From Gammaproteobacteria bacterium (GTDB taxonomy: Bacteria; Pseudomonadota; Gammaproteobacteria; Steroidobacterales; Rariloculaceae): DNA of 56,286 bases. Position 1 is the first letter of the stretch. Each line of letters begins with the position of its first letter. Below, one piece after another: positions 34,800-45,163 of this stretch. Both the position numbers and the translations under genes were made by a program. The notes under the pieces are model-generated. The model ran no database searches. It saw only the letters and a list, made by a program, of their open reading frames with translations, and had not been told where the DNA came from. The stretch lies in contig JBFJXA010000001.1 in NCBI GenBank assembly GCA_041623375.1, positions 1 to 56,286 of the forward strand, given 5' to 3'.

Positions 34800-35867
34800 A
34801 GGCCCTAACTCCGCGGCTCTCCAGGTTTCGCCGATGCGGGCCGATTCGCGCCCGAGCAACAGATCGACGAGATCCTGCTTGGTGGCCAGCACCTCCGGAT
34901 AGATGTCGAGCGCCTCGGCGCGGGCCTTGGCGCGTCCTTGCAGCTCGCGCAGGCGGCGCTTCTCGGGCTTCTCCGTTTCGCTGAGACGCTCGACGCGCTC
35001 GACAAACTCCGGTGCCGCCGATCGTTCGAGCGCTGCAAGAATGTCGTGGCCGGCGCGCTCGGCGAGCTTCTTCGGCACGTCCTCTCGTGCCAGCTGAGCG
35101 ATCGACATCGGCTGCGCGCGCGCGATACCGACGAGCTGCTCGTCGCTGAGTATCCAGCGGCGCGGGCGATCGCGCGTTCGGGCGCGGTCCTCGCGCCACT
35201 CGACGAGCGCAAGCGCGGCGCACTGTTCTCTCGCATCCAGCGATTTAGCGCCCTTCAAACGCGAGAAAACCTGATCGACGGGCGTGACGGGCTCTTGCGC
35301 GAGCAGCAATGCGCAATCCTGCACGAGCCACTCACGCCGACCGAGCGCGTCGAGCTTTTCTGCCAGCGCGTCCCAGAGCGCGTGCAAGCTGCGTACGTCG
35401 TCGCGCGCATATTCAATTGCTGCACTCGGCAGCGGTCTGCGGCTCCAGTCGGTGCGTGTATGGCTCTTGTCGAGCTCGACACCGAGCGTGTCGGCGACGA
35501 GGTCCTGCAGGCTGATCTGGGGTGCATAGCCGACCAGGCCTGCCGCGATCTGCGTGTCGATGAGCACGGACGGCAGTTTCTCTGTGTGCTGATAGATGAC
35601 CTCGAGATCCTGCCGGCTGCTGTGCACGATCCACGTGCAACCCTCGCGTAACAGGGTGTTGTACAGGGCATCGAGGTCGATGTCGGCAAGGCAATCGATG
35701 CAGACGACCGAATCGCCGGCTGCAATTTGGATCAGACACAGATTGGCGTAATAGGTCTTTTCACGAACGAATTCCGTGTCGAGCGCAATCGAGTCGATCG
35801 CGGCCAGCTCATCGAGAAATCCGGTCAACCGAGTATCGTCGTCGACGTATAGCTCTAATGTGGGCAT
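34779..35867 (-). CDS. rnd: Ribonuclease D
   Basis: The internal ATG 35867 gives MPTLELYVDDD. DEDD exonuclease motifs are ALDTEF, H....DL and Y...DV. An HRDC-like region follows (RDRPRRWILSDEQL..IA). It overlaps the adk 3' end convergently by 21 nt. Confidence 0.9.
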   Translation of the reverse strand: MPTLELYVDDDTRLTGFLDELAAIDSIALDTEFVREKTYYANLCLIQIAAGDSVVCIDCLADIDLDALYNTLLREGCTWIVHSSRQDLEVIYQHTEKLPSVLIDTQIAAGLVGYAPQISLQDLVADTLGVELDKSHTRTDWSRRPLPSAAIEYARDDVRSLHALWDALAEKLDALGRREWLVQDCALLLAQEPVTPVDQVFSRLKGAKSLDAREQCAALALVEWREDRARTRDRPRRWILSDEQLVGIARAQPMSIAQLAREDVPKKLAERAGHDILAALERSAAPEFVERVERLSETEKPEKRRLRELQGRAKARAEALDIYPEVLATKQDLVDLLLGRESARIGETWRAAELGPLVDGLE

Positions 35868-36445
35868 TGGTCGTGACTGCATCCAGTTTGGATTATGATC
35901 GTGCGCTGTCTGTTGATACGAGTTCGCACTTGTCAAAACTCGCTCTAGTTTTCGTCGACATCGCGTTTCATCGAATAGGCCCGGCGACGCTGCCGGCATC
36001 GCGATTTCTATTCGGGCTCGTGCTCGTCGCGTACCTGACCGTAAGCTTATTGGCTTTGCAGATCAATTGGGACCTGAATCAGGCTGTCGTGCCGCTCGTG
36101 GCGGACGTGACTTTTTGTTTAGCGTTCTTTTGGTTTTTACTTCGGCTGGCTGAGCACGGCAATCGATATTGGCAGACCGTGACGGCATTGCTCGGCGCGG
36201 AGACGTTTTTGAGCCTCGTGGCATTGCCATTGCTCGCGCTCCGTTCAGCGGCTACCGGTAACGAGGCGATTGAGCCGATTGCCGTTTTCTTGCTCACGGG
36301 CGTCTTGCTATGGTCGATCGACGTCGGCGGTTTCATACTCTCCCGAGCGCTCGAGCAGACGTATGTCGTGGGCGTATTGATCATGGTAGGGTACGTAATC
36401 AGCTCGTTCATACTCGGTGAGTTTCTCTTTCCCACCGTCGAATAA
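35858..36445 (+). CDS. Hypothetical polytopic membrane protein (Yip1-like topology, about 5 TM)
   Basis: The ORF has five hydrophobic segments and its stop overlaps the mpl start (TAATG). Codon usage is noticeably less GC3-biased than in the neighbours. The true start is uncertain: ATG 35858 overlaps the divergent rnd start, and TTG 35930 is an alternative. Confidence 0.5.
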   Translation: MWALVVTASSLDYDRALSVDTSSHLSKLALVFVDIAFHRIGPATLPASRFLFGLVLVAYLTVSLLALQINWDLNQAVVPLVADVTFCLAFFWFLLRLAEHGNRYWQTVTALLGAETFLSLVALPLLALRSAATGNEAIEPIAVFLLTGVLLWSIDVGGFILSRALEQTYVVGVLIMVGYVISSFILGEFLFPTVE

Positions 36446-37833
36446 TGCGTATCCACATACTCGGAATCTGCGGCACGTTCATGGGCGGCATCGCCGCGCT
36501 CGCGAAGGCCGGCGGCCATCAGGTTTCCGGCTCCGACGAGAACGTTTATCCGCCGATGAGTACGCAGCTGCGTAAGCTCGGCATAGAGCTGCATCAAGGT
36601 TACGACGACACATTTCTCGAGAACGATCTCGACTGCGTCGTCGTCGGCAACGTCATGTCACGTGGTAACCCGGCGGTCGAGGCCTTGCTGAACTCCGGTC
36701 TGCCCTACTACTCCGGTCCCGAGTGGCTCGCGAACAACGTGTTGAAAGGCAAGTGGGTTCTTGGTGTCGCCGGCACTCACGGAAAGACGACGACTTCGAG
36801 CATGTTGGCATGGATACTCGATTACGCTGGTCTGGCACCCGGTTTCCTGATCGGTGGCGTGCCGAGCAATTTTAAAATTTCGGCGCGGCTCGGCAAATCG
36901 AATTACTTCGTCGTGGAAGCCGACGAGTACGACACGGCATTTTTCGACAAACGCGCCAAGTTCGTGCACTACCGTCCGCGTACGCTCGCGATCACGAATC
37001 TCGAATACGATCATGCCGACATCTATCCGGATCTCGACGCAATCATCTGGCAGTTCCATCAGCTTGTCCGCACGGTACCAAACGAAGGCCTCGTCGCAGT
37101 GCAGGCAGCAAACAGCAACATAGTAACGCTGCTCGAGCGCGGCGTGTGGACGCCCGTGGAGACGTTCAGCACCGGCGAGGATCCATCGACGTGGTCTGCA
37201 AAGTACGACCTCATTGGCGTCAAGTCGCGATTCAGCGTCTCAAAGCACGGTCAGGAGGTCGGACAGACCGACTGGGCGTTGCTGGGCCAGCACAACCTCG
37301 AGAACGCGTTGGCAGCGATCAGCGCGGCGGTTCATGCGGGCGTTAGCGTCGATGTCGCGCTCGAAGCATTGTCGCAATTCCAAGGCGTCAGACGGCGTTT
37401 GGACAAGCGAGCTGTAATCGATGGCATTACGCTCTATGATGACTTCGCGCATCATCCGACCGCGATCGCAAAGACGCTCGAGGCCGTTCGCAGCCAGAAG
37501 ACCGATCAGCGCATCGTCGCGGTCGTCGAGCCGCGATCCAACACGATGCGCTTAGGCGTTCACCGCGACACGTTACAGAACGCGTTCGAAGATGCTGATC
37601 GCGTGTACGTACTTTCATCCGATGATTTGTCTTGGAATCCTGAATCCGTGCTCGCCTCCCTGGGTTCAAAGCTCAGCGTGGCGCTCGATTCCGAAGTGCT
37701 GCTCCAGTTGCTGCTCGATGAGCTGGAGGCGGGTGACCAGGTCGTTTTCATGTCCAACGGCGATTTCAAGGGATTGCCGCGCCTGCTACAGCAGGCGCTC
37801 AAGAGTGATCGCCCGCGCGCAGCGCGCGCCTAG
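36445..37833 (+). CDS. mpl: UDP-N-acetylmuramate:L-alanyl-gamma-D-glutamyl-meso-diaminopimelate ligase (murein peptide ligase)
   Basis: MRIHILGICGTFMGG.A.LA...GH.V.GSD..VYPPMS..L...GI and GTHGKTTT. It has the Mur ligase middle and C-terminal domains. Length is 462 aa. Confidence 0.92.
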   Translation: MRIHILGICGTFMGGIAALAKAGGHQVSGSDENVYPPMSTQLRKLGIELHQGYDDTFLENDLDCVVVGNVMSRGNPAVEALLNSGLPYYSGPEWLANNVLKGKWVLGVAGTHGKTTTSSMLAWILDYAGLAPGFLIGGVPSNFKISARLGKSNYFVVEADEYDTAFFDKRAKFVHYRPRTLAITNLEYDHADIYPDLDAIIWQFHQLVRTVPNEGLVAVQAANSNIVTLLERGVWTPVETFSTGEDPSTWSAKYDLIGVKSRFSVSKHGQEVGQTDWALLGQHNLENALAAISAAVHAGVSVDVALEALSQFQGVRRRLDKRAVIDGITLYDDFAHHPTAIAKTLEAVRSQKTDQRIVAVVEPRSNTMRLGVHRDTLQNAFEDADRVYVLSSDDLSWNPESVLASLGSKLSVALDSEVLLQLLLDELEAGDQVVFMSNGDFKGLPRLLQQALKSDRPRAARA

Positions 37834-37853
37834 TACGCCGCGAGAGATAGCAA

Positions 37854-38447
37854 GTGGCCGCGCTGACGCTTCCGCTGTTTCCGTTGGGCACGGTGTTGTT
37901 TCCCGGTGGCCAGTTGCTGCTGCGGATTTTCGAGCCTCGCTACCTGAGCATGGTCAGCCGTTGCATGCGCGAGCAGCATGGATTTGGCGTTGTCTTGATC
38001 GAAAAAGGAACCGAAGTCGGCAGCGCCGACTTCGTCAGCGTCGGCACGGTCGCGGAGATCGTCGACTGGCATCAGGGTAACGACGGTCTGCTCGGCCTCA
38101 CGGCCGAAGGTCGGGAGCGTTTTCGTATCACGGATTATCGGCAACAGGAGGACGGCCTCTATGTCGGCACCGTTGAGCTGCTCGCGCAGGAAACACGAGA
38201 AAGTCTTACCGAGCATTTCGCCGGATTGAGCGGTCTACTCAAGGATCTACTCGAAGAGGCCGGTGCACCCTACGATCGTATCCAAAAGGATTTCGACGAC
38301 GCCTCCTGGGTCGGCTATCGCCTCGCGGAGCTTCTACCGTTACCAGTCTCGCTCAAGCAATCTCTGCTCGAGCTCGAGGATGCGCGGCGGCGTCTCGAGC
38401 GCCTCGAGCCGCACGTCGCCGAGCTCACCGCGACCGAAAATGTCTGA
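37854..38447 (+). CDS. LON peptidase N-terminal (substrate-binding) domain protein
   Basis: [26 protein letters not shown]...C is the classic start of the Lon N-domain (PF02190). At about 197 aa it has no ATPase or protease domain. Confidence 0.8.
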   Translation: MAALTLPLFPLGTVLFPGGQLLLRIFEPRYLSMVSRCMREQHGFGVVLIEKGTEVGSADFVSVGTVAEIVDWHQGNDGLLGLTAEGRERFRITDYRQQEDGLYVGTVELLAQETRESLTEHFAGLSGLLKDLLEEAGAPYDRIQKDFDDASWVGYRLAELLPLPVSLKQSLLELEDARRRLERLEPHVAELTATENV

Positions 38448-38622
38448 GGAAGCGCCGACCAGACGCTATATGTGCCTCATCTGCGGTTTCGTCTACGACG
38501 AGGCCGCCGGGCTGCCCGACGAGGGTATCGCACCGGGCACGCGCTGGGACGACATCCCGTTGTCGTGGCGGTGTCCCGACTGCGGGGCCGGGAAGGAAGA
38601 CTTCGAGCTCATCGAAATATAG
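38440..38622 (+). CDS. Rubredoxin
   Basis: 60 aa with Y.C..CGF.YDE..G.P..GI.PGT.W.DIP..W.CP.CGA.K.DF, that is, two CxxCG knuckles. The ATG overlaps the stop of the LON-domain gene (ATGTCTGA). Confidence 0.9.
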   Translation: MSEEAPTRRYMCLICGFVYDEAAGLPDEGIAPGTRWDDIPLSWRCPDCGAGKEDFELIEI

Positions 38623-38813
38623 ACCCGCAACGCTCGGATCTTGCGGCCAACGCGACGCGAGTAAGACTCGGTCTGCAATTGGGGCGGAACGTAGCGGGCG
38701 GGAACCCACCCGATAGGCCCAAAGCGCGACTGAGGACGGCAGAGAGAACGCTGCGCGGGACCTCGCCCAGCGCAGGCTGCAGGGCCTGGTACAGGGTGCT
38801 TCGCCGGACGGTT

Positions 38814-39680
38814 CTACGGCAGGACGTAGGGCTCTACAGGTAGTCCGCGTTCGCGAAGCAGGTCGACGACATTGTTATCGCCGACGAGATGCAGCGCGCC
38901 GACCACGACCAGATGTCGGCCCGGCTGCGTGGCGAGACGCTCGAGCTCGGGCAGCCATTTCTGGTTGCGATCGATGACGAGGGCCTCGTAGAGGCCGGGG
39001 AAATCAGCGAACGAGGCAGACAGCTTTTCGGTCAGGGCTGCGAGACTGCCGTCTCGCCAGGCCGCCAGCAGCTCGTCCATCTCCTGTCCGGCTGAGTCGA
39101 GCTCGGATAGCGTTTGCTCGAGCAGCGCTTCCTGTTCCGCGGGTGCGAGCGCGTCGAACACGCGGATCTGGTCGGTGACGGTCTCGAGTCCGTAGATCGG
39201 CTTACGATCGGTGCGCGCTCGCGAGAGCAAGGATTGCTCGAGCCCCTGCTCGGACCTGAACCCGAGTCGAGCCATGCCGAGGTCCATGAGCGTCAGCGCA
39301 ACGAGCCACGGCTTGACCCGTTCGAGTGCAGCAATGTCGAGGCCCAACGAGCCGGCCGTGGTTGCGGCAAGGCGATAAACCTCTGCGTCGATCACGCTGC
39401 TAAGCGAGCTCGATGGAGGCAGCAAGGCTGCGAGCATGAACTGGGTTTGAATGCTCGCCGGATCGAGATCGTCCAGATCGATCTCCATCACGAGCGCGTC
39501 GGTCCGCGCGTAGAGTTGCTCGATGACATCCGGCAATGGGTGGTCCTGCTCGCGAAGGTAGTGAACGGAGCCGAGCAGCCAGAGCTCAGAATCATCGCCG
39601 GTCGAGACGCGCCAGACAGCCGGATCCGCCCAGGCGTTAGCAGTCAGTAGAAAAATTAACGCTAGCGAGGCACGCAGCAT
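38814..39680 (-). CDS. TraB/GumN family protein (secreted)
   Basis: The internal ATG 39680 gives the signal peptide MLRASLALIFLLTANAWA. Family motifs are LLGSVHYL and VVGALHLVG. Confidence 0.8.
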   Translation of the reverse strand: MLRASLALIFLLTANAWADPAVWRVSTGDDSELWLLGSVHYLREQDHPLPDVIEQLYARTDALVMEIDLDDLDPASIQTQFMLAALLPPSSSLSSVIDAEVYRLAATTAGSLGLDIAALERVKPWLVALTLMDLGMARLGFRSEQGLEQSLLSRARTDRKPIYGLETVTDQIRVFDALAPAEQEALLEQTLSELDSAGQEMDELLAAWRDGSLAALTEKLSASFADFPGLYEALVIDRNQKWLPELERLATQPGRHLVVVGALHLVGDNNVVDLLRERGLPVEPYVLP

Positions 39681-39685
39681 CAGTG

Positions 39686-40471
39686 TCAGTCTCGGGTCTG
39701 GAGCCAGTCGACGGTCGTGTCGATGCTGCCGTCGGCATGCAACACGAGCCACCGGCATCCGGGCGGCTTATCGTCGAGGGCGAAGAACTCGTTCTTCGGC
39801 AGGAATTGCGCGCACGTGGACGGCGTACTCAGAAACCGCACGTCACCGCGTTGCTCGTCGAGCGCCTGGTGAACGTGACCCCATACGACGGCCCGGACGT
39901 GCGAGTGACGTTCGATCGCTCGCATGAACTCCTCGGCATCCGTCAGTCCGACGCCGTCCAGCCAGGCGCTGCCCATCGCAACCGGCTGATGATGCATGCA
40001 GATCATCGTCGGACGCTCGGTGTTGGCCGCGAGATAGGCATCCATTGCCGCGAGCTGTTGCGCGCCGAGCGTGCCGGAATCCTCTCCCTTGACGAACGTG
40101 CTCAGCAAAACGAGCTGCCACGCGCCGAGCACGGCTTCGCCGCAAAACTGAAACGGTGGCTCCGTGAGCAGTTCCTCCATGAGCTCGGGATCGTCGTGAT
40201 TGCCCGGAACGCAATAGATCGGAACGCCGAGCTCGTCGAAGCAGGATTTGAACCGTTCGTAACCGCCGCGGCTCTCGTCTTGAACGAGATCGCCCGTTGC
40301 GACGATCGCAGCGGGCGGCCAGCGCTCGTCCTGCTGCGCGTGCTCGAGCACCGCGAGCAGTGTCTCGTAGGTGTTGACGCCGCGCATTTTGCTGTCGGCA
40401 GCCGCGTGAAGGTGGGGATCGGTAACTTGCAGCAACACGATCGGGGGCGTGTTCGATTTGTCGTTCTTCAT
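39686..40471 (-). CDS. cpdA: 3',5'-cyclic-nucleotide phosphodiesterase (CpdA-type metallophosphoesterase)
   Basis: The start is the internal ATG 40471. Metallophosphoesterase motifs are Q.TDPHL, TGDLV.D, GNHD and HH.P...G. It lies 5 nt upstream of the TraB/GumN gene start. Confidence 0.85.
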   Translation of the reverse strand: MKNDKSNTPPIVLLQVTDPHLHAAADSKMRGVNTYETLLAVLEHAQQDERWPPAAIVATGDLVQDESRGGYERFKSCFDELGVPIYCVPGNHDDPELMEELLTEPPFQFCGEAVLGAWQLVLLSTFVKGEDSGTLGAQQLAAMDAYLAANTERPTMICMHHQPVAMGSAWLDGVGLTDAEEFMRAIERHSHVRAVVWGHVHQALDEQRGDVRFLSTPSTCAQFLPKNEFFALDDKPPGCRWLVLHADGSIDTTVDWLQTRD

Positions 40472-40641
40472 GCCGGCTGTCGCTTGCGGTGCAAGTCCCT
40501 GAATGTGCGCATGATACTGAAATCCGAGTCGGGCGTTTGGGACTGGCTCACAGATCGGTGAGCCGCGAGCATGGTTGCGGAAGGCAACCACGCTGAGAGA
40601 CAATCGCGGCCTCGGATTCACCTCCACCGTCGCAAAACCCG

Positions 40642-42672
40642 ATGTCGTTGACGAACAAGAACACGGCGGATGTCGCGCGGCCGCCCCGGCGCCAGCTTGC
40701 GAACGCGATTCGCGCGCTTTCCATGGATGCCGTCGAGAAAGCGCGTTCCGGTCATCCCGGGATGCCGCTCGGCATGGCCGATGTTGCTGAGGTGCTCTGG
40801 AACGATTTTCTGTCTCACAATCCCGCGAATCCGCGGTGGTTCAACCGCGATCGCTTCGTGCTTTCGAACGGTCATGGCTCGATGTTGCTTTACTCGCTCG
40901 CATACCTGAGCGGATATCCGTTGCAGCTTGAGGAGCTCGAGAACTTCCGTCAGTTCTCGCAGCGCACGGCAGGCCATCCTGAGCGTGACCTGGATATCGG
41001 CATCGAAACGACGACCGGGCCCCTGGGGCAGGGCATCGCCAATGCGATCGGCATGGCACTCGCCGAGAAGGTGCTCGCCGCGACGTTCAACCGTCCCGGT
41101 GCACAGATCGTCGACCACCACACCTACGTCATTCTCGGCGACGGCTGCATGATGGAGGGCGTTTCGCACGAAGCCTGCTCGCTTGCCGGAACGTTGCAGC
41201 TCGGCAAGCTCATCGCGATTTACGATGACAACGGTATCTCGATCGACGGTGACACGGACGGATGGTTCAACGACGATACTCCGGCTCGCTTTCGTGCGTA
41301 CGGCTGGCATGTCATCGATACCGTCGACGGTCACGACGCCGACGCTGTCGCGGCAGCGATCGCAGCCGCCAAGGCCGAGACCGAACGTCCGACGCTGATC
41401 TGTTGTCAGACAGTCATCGGTTGCGGTGCACCGAACAAGCAAGGCAGTGCGTCGACACACGGCGCCCCGCTCGGGCCTGACGAGATTGCCGCGACACGAA
41501 CGAATATCGGTTGGGAGCACCCACCGTTCGTAATCCCCGATGACGTCAAGAGCGCCTGGGATGCCCGTGCGCGAGGCGCTGCGCTCGAGGCCGAATGGCA
41601 GAAGCGATTCTCGGCCTATCGCGACAAACATCCCGAGCTCGCGGCGGAATTCGAGCGCCGCATGCGCGGCGAGTTGCCCGCTGACTGGGCCGAGCATGCC
41701 GATGCCGTCGTCGCCGAGATTGCCGCCGAGGCCAAGGATGCGGCAACGCGGAAAGCGTCGCAGCGCGCGCTCGAAGGATTTGCGCCGAAGCTGCCGGAGC
41801 TCATCGGCGGTTCCGCCGATTTGACGGGCTCGAACAATACCTTTCACTCGGGCTCCAAGGCGATCGCTGGCGCCGATCCGGCCGGCAACTACATCAATTT
41901 CGGCGTGCGTGAGTTCGGCATGGCGGCAATCATGAATGGGCTCACGCTTCACGGCGGCTTCGTGCCCTACGGCGGCACGTTTCTGGTGTTCTCCGACTAC
42001 GCGCGCAATGCGCTGCGCATGGCCGCGCTCATGCAAACGCAGTCAATCTTGGTGCTGACGCACGATTCGATCGGCCTGGGCGAGGACGGTCCGACGCATC
42101 AGCCGGTCGAGCATCTCGCGAGCCTGCGAGCGATGCCCAACATGTGGGTCTGGCGGCCGTGCGACGGCGTCGAGACCGCAATCGCCTGGCGCTCGGCGAT
42201 CGAACGAAGCAATGGTCCGACGAGTCTCGTGCTGACACGCCAGGGCGTGCCGCATATGACCCGCTCGGCCGATCAGCTCGACGTGATTGCACGCGGCGGT
42301 TATATCCTCGCCGATACCGAGGGTGAGCCGGAGCTCGTGCTGATCGCGAGCGGCTCAGAGGTCCGTCTGGCCGTCGAGGCGGCGAAGCGTCTGACCGAGG
42401 AGGGCCGCCGCGTCCGCGTCGTCTCGATGCCATGCACGCAGGCGTTCGATCTGCAGCCCGAATCCTATCGCGCCAGTGTGCTGCCCCAGACTGGTGCACG
42501 GCTCGCAGTCGAGGCCGGTGCGAGCGACTGCTGGTGGCGTTATATCGCCGGCAAAGGTAGCGTGATCGGCATCGATCGATTCGGTCAATCGGCGCCGGCG
42601 AAGGATCTATTCGAACACTATGGCTACACGCCCGACGCCGTGACCGACGCGGCACGCAGCCTGCTCGCGTGA
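40642..42672 (+). CDS. tkt: Transketolase
   Basis: LANAIR.LSMDAV.KA.SGHPG.P.GMADIAEVLW, GDGC.MEG and [16 protein letters not shown]. Length is 676 aa. Confidence 0.97.
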   Translation: MSLTNKNTADVARPPRRQLANAIRALSMDAVEKARSGHPGMPLGMADVAEVLWNDFLSHNPANPRWFNRDRFVLSNGHGSMLLYSLAYLSGYPLQLEELENFRQFSQRTAGHPERDLDIGIETTTGPLGQGIANAIGMALAEKVLAATFNRPGAQIVDHHTYVILGDGCMMEGVSHEACSLAGTLQLGKLIAIYDDNGISIDGDTDGWFNDDTPARFRAYGWHVIDTVDGHDADAVAAAIAAAKAETERPTLICCQTVIGCGAPNKQGSASTHGAPLGPDEIAATRTNIGWEHPPFVIPDDVKSAWDARARGAALEAEWQKRFSAYRDKHPELAAEFERRMRGELPADWAEHADAVVAEIAAEAKDAATRKASQRALEGFAPKLPELIGGSADLTGSNNTFHSGSKAIAGADPAGNYINFGVREFGMAAIMNGLTLHGGFVPYGGTFLVFSDYARNALRMAALMQTQSILVLTHDSIGLGEDGPTHQPVEHLASLRAMPNMWVWRPCDGVETAIAWRSAIERSNGPTSLVLTRQGVPHMTRSADQLDVIARGGYILADTEGEPELVLIASGSEVRLAVEAAKRLTEEGRRVRVVSMPCTQAFDLQPESYRASVLPQTGARLAVEAGASDCWWRYIAGKGSVIGIDRFGQSAPAKDLFEHYGYTPDAVTDAARSLLA

Positions 42673-42713
42673 GTCGCATCGCGCGACGCGGTCACATGGA
42701 CTAGGAGAAACAG

Positions 42714-43727
42714 ATGGCAGTGAAGATAGCGATCAATGGATACGGACGAATCGGCAGGATGGTGCTGCGCGCACTGTACGAGGGGCAGCGGCGGGACGAG
42801 CTCATGGTCGTCGCTATCAACGATCTCGGTGATGCCAACACGAATGCTCACCTGACGCGTTACGATTCCGCTCACGGCCCGTTTCCCTTTCCCGTCGAGG
42901 TCGGCGATGACGAGCTCATCATCGACGGTGACTCTGTGAAGGTCTGTGCCGAGCGCGATCCGGCGAAGTTGCCGTGGAAGGAGCTCGGTGTCGATCTCGT
43001 CATGGAGTGCACGGGCTTTTTCGCCTCGAAGGCAAAGGCCTCAGGGCATCTCAAAGCCGGTGCGCGTAAGGTCGTGATCTCGGCGCCGGCCGGCAAAGAT
43101 GTCGATGCGACTGTCGTCTACGGCGTCAACCACGGAGTGCTTAAGGCCACAGACGAGGTCATCTCCAACGCCTCGTGCACGACGAACTGCCTCGCGCCGC
43201 TCGCGAAGGCGCTGCACGAGGCTGTGGGCATCGAGCAGGGGCTCATGACGACGATCCACGCGTACACGAACGATCAGGTCCTCAGCGACGTCTATCACTC
43301 CGATCTGCGCAGGGCGCGCTCCGCCACGCAGTCGATGATTCCGACGAAGACGGGCGCCGCAGCCGCCGTCGGCCTCGTGCTCCCGGAGCTCGATGGACGT
43401 CTCGACGGATTCGCGATGCGAGTTCCGACGATCAACGTCTCGGTCGTCGATCTCACGTTCACGGCGTCGAAAGCGACGACGGTCGAGGAGGTCAACGCGG
43501 CCGTCCGTGAGGCTGCTGAGGGTCCGCTCGAGGGCGTGCTCAGCTATACGGAGGAGCCGCTCGTGTCGATCGACTTCAATCACAACCCGGCGTCGTCGAT
43601 CCTCGATGCCGGCCTCACGAAAGTGCTCGACGGCAAGCTCGTCAAGGTGTGCTCGTGGTACGACAACGAGTGGGGATTCTCCAATCGCATGCTCGACACA
43701 GCCCTGGCGCTGGTCAACGCGAGCTAG
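42714..43727 (+). CDS. gap: Glyceraldehyde-3-phosphate dehydrogenase
   Basis: [21 protein letters not shown] and WYDNEWG. Confidence 0.97.
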   Translation: MAVKIAINGYGRIGRMVLRALYEGQRRDELMVVAINDLGDANTNAHLTRYDSAHGPFPFPVEVGDDELIIDGDSVKVCAERDPAKLPWKELGVDLVMECTGFFASKAKASGHLKAGARKVVISAPAGKDVDATVVYGVNHGVLKATDEVISNASCTTNCLAPLAKALHEAVGIEQGLMTTIHAYTNDQVLSDVYHSDLRRARSATQSMIPTKTGAAAAVGLVLPELDGRLDGFAMRVPTINVSVVDLTFTASKATTVEEVNAAVREAAEGPLEGVLSYTEEPLVSIDFNHNPASSILDAGLTKVLDGKLVKVCSWYDNEWGFSNRMLDTALALVNAS

Positions 43728-43739
43728 GCACATACGACG

Positions 43740-44915
43740 ATGGCGCTTGCAGTCAAGCGCATGACGGATCTCGAGCTCGGCGGGCGTCGAGTGCTGATCC
43801 GCGAGGATCTCAATGCACCGATCAAAGACGGGCGTGTCGTCAGCGACAAGCGCCTGCGGGCCGCCGTGCCGACGCTTGAGCTTGCGCTCGCAAGCGGCGC
43901 GCGCGTCATGGTGCTCTCGCATCTCGGTCGGCCCAGGGAGGGCCAGTTCGATGCGACCTATTCGCTCGCGCCCGTCGCTGAGGCGCTGAGCGGGCTGCTC
44001 GGACGCCCCGTCCCGCTGATCCGAGACTGGCTCGACGGCGAGGCACCCGAGCCCGGTGAGATCGTGCTCTGCGAGAACGTGCGGTTTCTTCCGGGGGAGA
44101 AAGCCAACGACGAGGCGCTCGCCAGGCGCATGGCGACGCTCTGCGACGTTTTCGTCATGGACGCCTTCGGCACGGCGCATCGAGCTCAGGCGAGCACGCA
44201 CGGTGTCGCAAAATTCGCGCCGGCCGCATGCGCCGGGCCGCTGCTCGTCGGCGAGCTCGAAGCACTCGATCGTGCCCTCGGCGATCCGGCCCGCCCGCTC
44301 GTCGCCATCGTCGGCGGATCCAAGGTATCGACGAAACTCGAGGTCCTGAGCGCACTCGCCGGCAAGGTCGATGTCCTGATTCCGGGCGGAGGCATCGCGA
44401 ACACGCTGCTGGCCGCGCGCGGAGCGAACATGGGTCGCTCGCTGTACGAGGCCGATATGCTCGGATTCGCGAGCCAACTGCTCGATGGAGAGTTTGGTGA
44501 CGTTCGCGTTCCCTTGCCGACCGACGTCGTCGTCGGTCCGAGCCTCGAGGATGATGCCAAGGGCACGGTCAAGGCGATCGCAGAAATAGCCGACGCGGAC
44601 ATGGTGCTCGATATCGGCCCGCAAACCGCTGCGAGCTACGCAGACGAACTCGCCGATGCCGGGACGATTCTGTGGAACGGCCCCGTGGGTGTATTCGAGC
44701 ATCCGGAGTTCGCAGAAGGTACGAAGCGCGTAGCCGCCGCAGTCGCGGCAAGCCCGGCATTTTCGATCGCCGGCGGCGGCGATACGTTGGCGGCGATCGA
44801 GCAGTTCGAGATCACCGATCGAATCTCTTATATCTCCACGGGCGGCGGCGCGTTTCTCGAGTATGTCCAGGGCGAAAAACTGCCGGCCGTCGAAATCTTA
44901 GAGGCGCGTGCATAA
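43740..44915 (+). CDS. pgk: Phosphoglycerate kinase
   Basis: R.D.NAP, SHLGRP, GG.KVS.K and GGGDT motifs. Length is 391 aa. Confidence 0.97.
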   Translation: MALAVKRMTDLELGGRRVLIREDLNAPIKDGRVVSDKRLRAAVPTLELALASGARVMVLSHLGRPREGQFDATYSLAPVAEALSGLLGRPVPLIRDWLDGEAPEPGEIVLCENVRFLPGEKANDEALARRMATLCDVFVMDAFGTAHRAQASTHGVAKFAPAACAGPLLVGELEALDRALGDPARPLVAIVGGSKVSTKLEVLSALAGKVDVLIPGGGIANTLLAARGANMGRSLYEADMLGFASQLLDGEFGDVRVPLPTDVVVGPSLEDDAKGTVKAIAEIADADMVLDIGPQTAASYADELADAGTILWNGPVGVFEHPEFAEGTKRVAAAVAASPAFSIAGGGDTLAAIEQFEITDRISYISTGGGAFLEYVQGEKLPAVEILEARA

Positions 44916-45163
44916 GCTCGCCTATCTCGCCGGGCGGGCGTTGCGCGCGCGGATCGAAGTAGCGGTTGCTGCGACTTAAGCTCCGCGTGTAGCCACTGTG
45001 CGTAAGGATTTGACCAACCGCTTGCGCCCTATCCCGGCCCTGGCTCGTCCAGACGCCCTTGGGCTCGAGCTTCGCTCGACCCATAGAATTTGCGATGGGT
45101 CTTCCTCCAGCCCGGCGCCCAAGTACCTCGATATTTCGCCATCATCCCGAGTCCCGACGCGAT

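Noticed and set aside
40618-42036. A 472-aa ORF antisense to tkt, and the 553-aa ORF (43041-44702) antisense across gap/pgk.
   Set aside because: They lie opposite highly conserved glycolytic genes. The second spans an intergenic gap between two real genes, which a real gene would not be expected to do. No domains are recognisable.
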